From Selaginella moellendorffii (Eukaryota > Plantae > Lycopodiophyta), in NCBI RefSeq assembly GCF_000143415.4, contig NW_003314298.1, forward strand, positions 603,014 to 667,013: DNA of 64,000 nt, read 5' to 3'. The notes under the pieces were generated by a model that worked only from the letters and a program-made list of their open reading frames with translations, searched no databases and was not told the DNA's origin. Below, one piece after another: positions 24,711-34,181 of this stretch (its first letter is position 1; each line of letters begins with the position of its first letter). The translations under genes and the position numbers were made by a program.

Positions 24711-25859
24711 GATCCATTTTCCAACAAAGACATCCCGTCCGCCATCACTGCTCTAACCCTTCATCAACTATGAACTCTAAACTTCTATTATGTTTAGTCC
24801 AAAACAAAGCATCTTATGAGCTACTTAATTACTCATCGCTAGTCCTGTTGATCAGACAGCCTGCTGGATGGCTCTTCTATGCTGCTATTGCATGCCTGCA
24901 CAATAAACTTTTGGATCTCAGCTAGTGATAAAACCTTATAAACAAAATTACACCTTTGTTTAATGTTTGAAGAAGTTTTGGGTTTTTTTCCTCAACTTCT
25001 CAATAAGCTTATTGACAACATCTTAAACCACAATAATCATTTGTTTAAACCATTGTGGCATCTATAATGTCTGTTGTGTTAGATATAACTAAATTTTGTT
25101 TTTGTGTTTTTGGGGATCTTTTGATAAATGTATATTTTCACCTTTTTTTTCTTAAAGCAGTTGGAGATGTTGTCATTTTGGAAGGATAAATATGTTTTCA
25201 AAAATAACATGTGATAATCTCTAATAGACAAAAGAACTCAGCTGAATATTGTTAAAAGGTTAATTAGTAAATATTGAGATTCCAAGGTGATCCCAACCAA
25301 GTGCTATATTGTGCAAAAACTCCTTCGAATCAACAATAATAACCAACTCATCGGCAATAATAACTTGATTATTTTTTACTAACTTCACAACAGCAACAAA
25401 TTAGGTGGATCAATCATTTATATTTACAATAAAAACTATGGTTATTTTTATTGCATTATTTTATGTAAAACTTGGAGATCCACCATGTTCATGATTAAAA
25501 CTAGTTTCCCTAAATTGATATTGCATTTAAATAAAAAATACTCTAATAAATAACTCACCCTGACATTATTATTATAGATTTGAAGTATACAAACCAAAAC
25601 ATTTCCATGTCCCAAAGGAACACAATAGTAAATGCGTTGCTCATCAAAATATTTAATCCTTCTGGTACCTATGAGAAATTGTGTGGTATTTTGTATATGG
25701 ACTATACTACCTTTATGAAATTGAAACAAAAAATATAAATCAAGATCAAATTTAAATTATATATAAAACTAGTTCAAATAATATGGCATAACATAAAAAT
25801 ACTGAGGAATAAAAAAATCACATACAAAAAATAAATTTAATAAAATATATATTATAATT

Positions 25860-26530
25860 TGACCTTAATATGAGGCCACAAAAGCAAGCTTAATCACAAA
25901 GACAAAAGAAATTACAAACAAAGATTGTGTAATTTAAAAATAATGACTACAAAATAAACCTAAAAAATAACTCAAAAATGAGTATGGCACAAGGCCACAT
26001 GTTTAACAAAAGATATTTTCACAAAATAACTCTAAAAAAAGTTTAATATGATGCCACACACTTAGCAAAAAACATTTTTATATTATGACTCTAGAAAAAA
26101 CCTAGTGCAAGGGCACATGCTAAACTAGAAATATTTTTACAGACTAACCTAAAAAAAAACTTAGTGCAAAGCCACATGCTAAGCTAAAAACATTTTTATA
26201 AATTGACCCTAGAAAAAACTTAGTATGAAGCCTTATGCTAAGTAAGAAACAATTCCACAAATTAACTCCACAAAAAGCTCAGTACAAGGCCATAAGCTAA
26301 TCCAAAAATATTTCATCATATTTACTCTAGATAGTGCAAGGCCACATGCTAATCAAAAAATGTTTCCACAGATTAACTCTAGAAAAAACTTAGCACAAGG
26401 TCACTCTCTAAGCAAAAAATATTTTACCATAACAATTGTAAAAGAAATGAGTCACATATTAAGAAAAAATTGTTTTATCAAATAACTCAAAAAAGAGTTT
26501 GGCATAAGGCCACACACTAAATAAAAAAAA
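25860..26530. repeat. Degenerate ~60-bp AT-rich tandem repeat (about 10-11 units)
   Basis: Recurrent AAAAAACTTAGTGCAAGGCCACATGCTAAGC-AAAAACATTTT...AATTAACTCTAG at ~60-bp spacing. Confidence 0.8.
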
Positions 26531-28233
26531 ATTCCAGTATACGTGAAATTTTTTTTTCTAAAGAACGAGCCAAGCTAAGCGTGAAGTTACACACCAAGAA
26601 ATAAAAAGCAAAAGTATTTAATTAAGGCTTACCATTGCTGAAATGTTATATTCAAGTCATACTAGAAAACTTTCAAAAATCCTAAATTAAAGCCTAATAT
26701 CCATTGAAGTTGTGCAATATTGACAAGTGAAATAATCTAGTACAAAAAGGGAACTCCAAAAGCTATACTTTTATGACCAATCAAACAACACAAATAATGT
26801 GGTATAAGGAGCAAAATGCAAAAGATATGTTTTTCTGCTAAATGAAAGAAAAAGAAAAACAAGAGAAAAAAGAGTAAAATTGCTATTTATAAAAGATATA
26901 AGAGGAAAAATAAAGAATAAAAAATTTATAACAACTAAAAATATTGTGCAACATTGTAAAAATTTTATATCCAAAAAAGCATATTATATTATAAAACTAA
27001 AAATATTTTCATCTAGCATGTTCATAGCATGTGACGTCACATTAAAGAATTTTCAAGTGCAAAATATTCCCACACGTGTCAGTGAGAAATTTAGGGCTAA
27101 GGTTTCATTTTTTATGGTTTCAACAATGGGAGGCAGCAGATGTAAAGATAGATCTCACAGCTTGATAGATCAAGTTCTGATATATGCTTGGTCAGGCATG
27201 TCTGATGTAGGTTGGAAGTAGGCTAGAACAATCCATCCCCACCTCCTTTTGAGACTGTTTGTCGATAAGTTCGTCTGCCCAACGAGCTGATTTGCGATCA
27301 TATTCCTCTCTTTCCTTTTCTCTTTTCAGCCTTCTTGCGTTCTTGATCTGATCCCGCAGCACGATCTTGATCACAATCTCTTTCTGCACAAGAATTTCCT
27401 TCTGCATGAGCTAAAGTAATAAGCTTTAAAACATCCTTTCATATTCCAGATTTCTCATTGCGAAAATGTGAGCTCGATTTTAAACTCGATTTTGGAAGAA
27501 AGCAGATGATTTCGTCAGGGTGATGGCCAAACAAGGAAGGAACCTGCACGTGTTTGAAATTCTCGAATGTTTCAAGAATAAAAGAGCAAACACATCTCTT
27601 TGGTGATGTAAATCAAGGGCTTTGGAAATTAATAAAGAAGCTCCCCTTTTGGTACTTATGCCTCCAAATGGGTGTATTATTATTCTCAGATATACTGGAA
27701 TGCTGTGTAATATGCTCTACGTCTCCACCTCTTCATATAAAACTACCTTCGACACCTAGACTTTGCTCAGCAGCAGCAGGGGCCATTTCTTCATCCTATT
27801 CTTCTCTGATGCATGAGAGATAGACATGGAAGAAAAACTATTCCAAAACCAATGTGTGTTCGTTCTAGAGCATTCTCCAAGCCTGTCCTGGTTTCAGTCG
27901 TCACATCATTTTGGCCCACTCAGCAAGTGCATGATGCCTTCGTGTTTGATTAACACAAAGATCCAAGCTCAGTGCAACAAGAGCTGGAAAACAAATAAGT
28001 CTTCGTCAATTGCCTTTTTTCTTTGGTTTTAAGCATGAAAGATCAACCCTCTAGGAGGTTGCCAAGCGCTTGCCAAGCGCTTGCCAGCAGGAAGCATCTC
28101 ATAGAGACACCCGAGTTTGCAGCCCTTCACTGCACACACCACCTGAATTGTAGTCCTCATGTCTTGGGTCTAGAAGCAGATGAGGACGTGCCTCTTTAGG
28201 CCCTTTGCGGTGCAAGGTTGTCAAGGAGCATAT

Positions 28234-29379
28234 AGTCAGAGTCAGGCTTCTGCCACGTGGCACAGGGGGGACTTAGGTCAGCCACGGCCATGACCATGTA
28301 CCCTGTTTTCTCTCTCATTAGCGTCTCCTCAGATCATTATCATGGTATCAGATTGTAGATCCTGATGGTTCATCATGCTAGGAGAGACCTGTGCTTTCTG
28401 ATCAACAACCACCGACTACACAGAGTATGGAACATGACGAGTAGTAGTGCTGCTGCCAGTGCATTGGAGCAGCGTTTAATCCCTTTGTACAAGGGAGATT
28501 TTGCAAATTGGGCTGCCCTCTTGAAGGTCGTTTTCTTGGTGTGATAATTACAATGGGATTGTCGTAGGCAAAGAATCTAACCAGCCCAAGGTGCTCTCGA
28601 ATTAGCATACTGGAAGCTGCACAATAAGTGAGCCCTATTAACAATGGGTATTGGTCCAGACAAGCAGTATATTCATCTTCTTGATCTTGATAACAATGCT
28701 CTAACAAATTGAACCAATTTAACTCAGTTTCTTAATGCTCAAATGGTTGAACATGTGGTCACATTGAAGGGTGAGTTTTTCACTTTAAAGATGGATCCCC
28801 AATTGCCTGTTGAGAAGTTTATCAATGACATTCTCTACTATGAGAAGCAAATTGGGGGTCCATCTTTAAAAGTGAAGAACTCACCCTTCAACATGACCAC
28901 ATGTTCAACTGTTTGAGCACCAAGAAATTGGGTTAAATTGGTCCAATTTGTCAAGATCAAGAAAATGAATATACTCCAATAAGGGCTTGCTTGTTGCGCA
29001 GCTTCCAGTCTGCTAATTTGGGAGCACCTTGGGCTAGTTCAGGTTCTTTGCCTGCAACAATCCCATCGCAATTATCACACAAGAAAACAACCTTCAGGAG
29101 GGCAGCCCAATTTGCAAGCTCTCCCTTGTACAAAGGGATTTAAACGCTGCTCCAATGCACCGGCAGCAGCACTACTGCTTGCCATCTTCCACCATACTCT
29201 ATGTAGTTGGTGGTTGTTGATCAGAAAGCACACTGGCATGGTGAACCATCAGGATCTACAATCTGATACCATCTGAGGAGACGCTAATGAGAGAGAAAAC
29301 AGGGTACATGGTCATGGCCGTGGCCACCAGCGTCTGACCTAACCGCCCCTGTGCCACTGGCAGAAGCCTGACTCTGACT
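28234..29379. repeat. Long inverted repeat (fold-back) built from a Ty1/copia LTR-end/PBS/gag fragment
   Basis: Arms ~28234-28806 and ~28849-29379 are reverse complements with small indels. CA-TGGTATCAGA PBS at ~28343. Gag-like IPLYKGDFANWAALLKVVF and LKGEFFTLKMDPQLPVEKFINDILYYEKQI on +. Confidence 0.85.
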
Positions 29380-29873
29380 TGGATTGTGTTCTAAACTAGA
29401 GCGGTGGTTTGTTACCTGGGATGAGAAGAGAAGATTTTATGGTCTGGAATCCTCTCACTGGAGCGTCCAAGATTCTCCCAACATGGGTCTTAGACTACGT
29501 TCTTAGAACACTACAATGGTCGTCTGGAAAGCGCTATTGGGTCTGTGTAGTCAAGACAACCTAAATTTACAGGTGCCCAATCTTACCTGGGAAAGTTTGC
29601 TTGATAGAAAACAATTTATACTATAGGCTAATCTGTATGATTGATGGTTGTCATCGTATGGCTGATAGTATAATTGTATGGTGAATCTTTTTTTGTTACA
29701 ATGTTATTTGATCATAAAGGTTATGCTCAATAAACTATAATTCTTATTGATTTTTTGGAAAAAGTCCTATAAGATTAAATGTCACGGATGGGAAATTACA
29801 ATTGATTGATTTATTTAATCCTAATTTATAAACCGGGTTAAGTTTAATTGGAATATTACTTTGAATCCTAAAG

Positions 29874-30913
29874 ATGACGGCGCGACCACGCAGCCAAGCA
29901 CCAGCAGCTCCAATCTTTCGCTCAGAAAATCGCGCCATCCACAAGCTCGTCCAGGAGATCCCACACAATGTCGCTTACAATATCTCTTGCTTTTCCTTCC
30001 TTTCATCCGAAGCAAAGATCAGCAATCTGCGAGTTGATGCTCTCAATGTTGGAGTCGAGAAACTTTGCTCGTCTTATCAAAATATCCAGAGTTTCGAGCG
30101 GAGGCCAATTTCGCAAGCTTTGTTTCCTCCTCACGCGTTCTACAAATCCAAAACCGACATCAGAGAAGAACACGATGAAGAATTCGATGGTCCATCTCCT
30201 GCTGCTGAGCAAAGTCTAGAAGCCCAAGGTGACGGAAGTTTATTGTCTCTTGTGCTGATTCTGGGGTTTGGTGAAGATCTCGAGCATGAGCGCTTGATGG
30301 CACGATTTTCGGAATTAGAAGCCGACGAAGCGGCAGCAGCTGCTAAAGAGTTTGAGGACGAGTATGAGCACGATCAAGATGGTTTCTTCCGAGCTGAAAG
30401 GACCCCCATGTAAGTTTTTGAGCTTCGATTGTTTTGTTCAAAAAGTCTCTGATAAAACTTCTCTTTTCTTTTTCCAGTTTGAGATGTGGAAGCGAAAGAC
30501 TTGGAACACGACGTCTCGACTGCTCCAGACCGTCCCGAGAAGCGAAATCACGACAAGAAAAGCCTCAAAGCGAGTCACTTGATCTTCCGGAGACCGATAT
30601 TATCTATACAAGACAAGGGAAAGAGGCTATGGATCCAAAGAGCCGACGAAGCTCGCAGCAGGAACTATCAAAGGTAAATTCGTAGAGCTCAAGAAAATAT
30701 CTCAGAAACCTGTTTTTCGTTTCCAGGTTTTTGTCTCTGTGGTCGATCGAGCACCAGGGGACGCTGTTCTTGAGCTGCGACCAATCCAGGTACCCGAAAG
30801 CACCTCCATGCCAATGTCTAGATTCAAGCAAAGACATGGTGGGTGAAAAATCGCTGGAAAGTGAGAGATTTACGAGATTTTATTTGTTTTGGATGAGAAA
30901 ATTCCCAAGGTGA
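29874..30913 (+). CDS. Possible multi-exon gene of unknown function upstream of the PPR gene
   Basis: 179-aa acidic ORF ending at a GTAAGT donor (~30410). Apparent short introns end TTCCAG (~30477, ~30727). No recognisable domain. Confidence 0.3.
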
Positions 30914-30959
30914 GAAGTTTTTAATTCAGAAAAGATGTGAGATTACTTGAAAGATGTGA

Positions 30960-32681
30960 ATGTTGAGCTTACAGGAGTGTCTTGCGAGCCTCAAGTCGTG
31001 TCGAACACTCTCAAGCGTGAGAGAGCAGCACAAGCAAGTAAAATCCAAGCTTGACCTCGAGAACGATCGCAATCTCTACAGCCGGATTTCCAACACGCTG
31101 ATCGAGATGTATGGAAAGTGTGGCAGTGCCGACGACGCTCGCAAGGTTTTTGCGTCGATGCCCGAGAGCTCCAGATCTCCCTTCACGCTCTTCTCCATGC
31201 TGGTAGCGTTTGCTCGCAATGGACACCTCCGGGAGGCCAAGGAGCTCTTTGACGAGATGCCCGAGAAGGAGCTAAGCGCCTGGAGCGCGCTCATGTCGGC
31301 GTATGCCCGATCGGGGCATATGGACGAGGCGAAAACTCTCTTCGATCGAATGCCCGAGAGGGACGTGATCTCCTGGACTGCGATGCTCAATGCCTACTCG
31401 GAGAACTCGCTAGTCGAGGAAGCGAAGAAGATCTTCGATGAGATGCCCGTGAGAGACGTCGTGTCGTGGACTGGCCTGCTCGTCGCGTATGCTCAAACAG
31501 GCTATCTGATCGAAGCGAGGAGAGTGTTTGAATCCATGCCCGAGTGGGACACTGTATCCGCGAATGCGATGATCACTGCGTATGGATCGATCCAAAACGT
31601 TAGCGAGGCAAGGAAGATCTTTGAGAGCTTGCCAGCGAAGGATCTTGTGTCGTGGAACGCCGCGATCGCTGCGTATGCCCAAAACGGGTATATGATCGAG
31701 GCCAAGGCGCTGTTTGATTCCATGCCCGAGCGTAATGCCATCTCCGTGACCACGATGCTGTCGGCCTACGCGCAGGACCACAAGCTCAACCTCGCCAAGA
31801 GCCTGTTCGATTCGATGGAGGAGCGAAGCACAGCGTCATGGAATGCGATGCTCGCGGCCTATGCTCAAAATGGTCATCTCGAGGAGGCCAAGATCATCTT
31901 TGACACGGTACCTGAGCGATGCGTGGTGTCCTGGAACGCGATGGTCTCGGGGTTTGCGCAGAACGATCGCCTGGAAGAAGCCCGGGAGCTCTTCGATCGA
32001 ATGCCGGCCAGAAATATCTCGTCGTGGAACGCGATGCTAGCGGCATACGCCCAGCACAGGGACGTGATCCACGCCAAGCTCCTGTTCTTCGCAGAGATCC
32101 CCGACCGCGGCCCCGCGGCATGGATGTGCCTGATCCTCGTCCACACCTACACTGGCCAGATCGATCGCGCGGGCAAGATCCTGGCGACAATGCCGGTTCC
32201 CAGCGCCGTGGCTTGCAATGCCGTCCTGGTGGCCTACTCCCAGATCGGCCGCTTCGATCGCGCCGCAGAGATCTTCGTGTTGATGCACCTGGAAGATTGC
32301 GGCGCTGATGAGACGAGCTTCACATGCCTTCTCCTGGGATGTAGCCACAGCGGCGACATTTCGAGGGCGCGATCCATCTTCCAGTCCCTGGCCCTGGATT
32401 TCGCCAAGATGGCGCGGAAGCAGCACTACTGCGGGATGATCGATGTGCTGAGCCGTGCCGGGCACCTGCGTGACGCGCAAGAGCTCCTGGAGTCTATGCC
32501 TTACAAGCCCGATGCCGCCGATTGGAGGTCTCTGCTCAAGAACCACAAGAGAAGAGGACGATGTAGCAGCAGTAGTGATTCACGCAAAGATGTGGATGAA
32601 TCCAGCAGCGCTGTGAGAGGAGTCCTCGCGCCAAGGGACGCGCAGGGGTATATTCTCCTTGCCAACATGTTTGCTCATTAG
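30960..32681 (+). CDS. PLS-class pentatricopeptide repeat protein (array of short 31-aa motifs, E-domain-like C terminus, no DYW)
   Basis: 573-aa intronless ORF of SWNAMLAAYAQNGHLEEAKxxFDxMPER repeats, ending HYCGMIDVLSRAGHL...MPYKPDAADWRSLL...YILLANMF. Confidence 0.92.
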   Translation: MLSLQECLASLKSCRTLSSVREQHKQVKSKLDLENDRNLYSRISNTLIEMYGKCGSADDARKVFASMPESSRSPFTLFSMLVAFARNGHLREAKELFDEMPEKELSAWSALMSAYARSGHMDEAKTLFDRMPERDVISWTAMLNAYSENSLVEEAKKIFDEMPVRDVVSWTGLLVAYAQTGYLIEARRVFESMPEWDTVSANAMITAYGSIQNVSEARKIFESLPAKDLVSWNAAIAAYAQNGYMIEAKALFDSMPERNAISVTTMLSAYAQDHKLNLAKSLFDSMEERSTASWNAMLAAYAQNGHLEEAKIIFDTVPERCVVSWNAMVSGFAQNDRLEEARELFDRMPARNISSWNAMLAAYAQHRDVIHAKLLFFAEIPDRGPAAWMCLILVHTYTGQIDRAGKILATMPVPSAVACNAVLVAYSQIGRFDRAAEIFVLMHLEDCGADETSFTCLLLGCSHSGDISRARSIFQSLALDFAKMARKQHYCGMIDVLSRAGHLRDAQELLESMPYKPDAADWRSLLKNHKRRGRCSSSSDSRKDVDESSSAVRGVLAPRDAQGYILLANMFAH

Positions 32682-32699
32682 GAGAATATTCTATAAAAT

Positions 32700-33700
32700 T
32701 TTAGCCACAGTGTCCACCACCAGCCAGTCGCTACCATCTCCAGTGGCTTGCAGCTGAATCGAGGTGCGTAGCCATGCGCCGCCCACTGCGTGTGCACCTC
32801 GACACCATATCTCTGGACAAACCTGACGATGCGCTTGGAAGCAGGACGTAGCAACGAGAAGAGCAGCATCTTCTCCCTTCGCTGGCTGAGCCTGAAACCC
32901 AGGGTGCCAGTACTGAGTAACCGATGCACCCTGGGCATGCTCGTCTCTGATCAATTCCGGCCAGCTGATGCTCGGATCACTCGACGAGCGTTTGCCTGCC
33001 GTAGAAGGCCACCAGAGAAGAAACAGCCGGCCCGATAGACGCAAGAGCCTTGGAGAGCCGCTCCAAGTGTTGGCGGTCTTGTAAGAACTTGTGAATATGC
33101 AGATAGGGAGTGAAAGGCTCGTGCGCAGGCTTGTCGAAGAAGGCGGCCCCTCCGACCCGGATGTTTGGTCCGACCACCTCTAAGATGAGCACGGCGCAGC
33201 AGGATAGGAAAAAAGTTCAATGATAGGCCCGTCGCCTGGCAATGAAGTGGTCGGCGAAGTACCTCATCACTTCCACAGAAGGTTCCCCAAGGCCAAGCTC
33301 CGGCTTGATCTCAACAAGCATGACGAGAATCCATTCGCTCATGATCAGAGCTTCGACCTTGATATCAGGTTCCGCATCAAACCCACGACTGGAGACTCGG
33401 TGACCCTCAAAGTAACGTTAGGAATCGTGCTCCTCAAGTACTTGAGCAGCATCTCTGCGAAAGCAGCTTGGCGTTGCCACTTGTCATCGAAGAACTTCTG
33501 TGGGCGAAACTCCAGTCGACCGCGTCTGGCACACAGTGCTTGAGGTAGCACCGGAACAGCTCGTTTGCCAAAGGCAGGGGCACTGCGCTAGATCTCAGTG
33601 TGCTTCATGGACCAGGGGTCATCCTGTTCCTTCGCAAAGAGATTGAGTGTCCATTTGGGATATGCCTTACCGTGTAGACATGAGCAGCGCCCTGAGCCAT
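32700..33700 (-). pseudogene. Crinkler-type REase + kinase-like gene remnant
   Basis: Frameshifted pieces PLPLANELFRCYL, FFDDKWQRQAAFAEMLLKYL, LVEIKPELGLGEPSVEVMRYF, LILEVVGPNIRVGGAAF and IVRFVQRYGVEVHTQWAAHGYAPRF. The last resembles the VKFxxRYxxxAHxxLAxxGxAPxL kinase N-lobe of this family. Confidence 0.55.
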
Positions 33701-34181
33701 AGTCAACGCCCCTGGAGCCTGACATAGTCCTTGTATTCACATCGACGTTGGACGTGAAAATCAAACCCTAAATGCTAAACATATTTTTAGTTTTAAACAT
33801 ATTTAAATAAAAATGTGTATATTAATTAACCCAAAACCCTAGAGTAAATGGTTGGAATTGAAATGAATTTAATATCTATCAAAATTCCATTATGTTAATA
33901 TTAATAAATGGCATCGTAATTATATATTTAAACTTTATAAAAGGTTTTTAAACATGATTATGTCATTAGTTCTTGAGGACGTCCATTGACTTTGATAATG
34001 TTTAAAGGCACGTTTCATTTTTAAAAGCTTCTAGTCATATTTAAATTTTTTAAAATGTTTTAACCTCTTTCTTTTAAGCATGATTAAAAAATTTAAAACC
34101 CTGGTGTTTTTAGGGCTCTTGGAGATCCAGATCTATAGGCGCTCACAGGAATCCAAATGCGATCGCTGCTCCACGCCAAGG

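Larger units (their letters stand above)
23788..24726 (+). mobile_element. Tandem-array TRIM (120-bp LTRs, ~85-bp internal domain) with tRNA-like sequence in the LTR
   Basis: Full LTRs at 23788-23907, 23993-24112 and 24607-24726 with TGTTGGAA...TTCCAACA termini. iMet PBS TGGTATCGGAGC directly follows the LTR; PPT AGGGGGGAG directly precedes it. TSD AAGAC at 23783-23787 and 24727-24731. Confidence 0.93.

Noticed and set aside
23788-24726. CRISPR array, cluster of functional tRNA genes, or tRNA-SINE tandem
   Set aside because: There are no unique spacers, the anticodon loop is non-canonical and there is no SINE tail. TG..CA LTRs, PBS, PPT and a 5-bp TSD identify a TRIM.
25860-26530. CRISPR-like repeat
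   Set aside because: The whole unit is degenerate and repeated, the context is eukaryotic, and there are no cas genes.
34080-34181. N-terminal extension of the DOMON/b561 protein
   Set aside because: It starts in AT-rich upstream DNA, and ATG 34182 puts the hydrophobic signal peptide near the N terminus.
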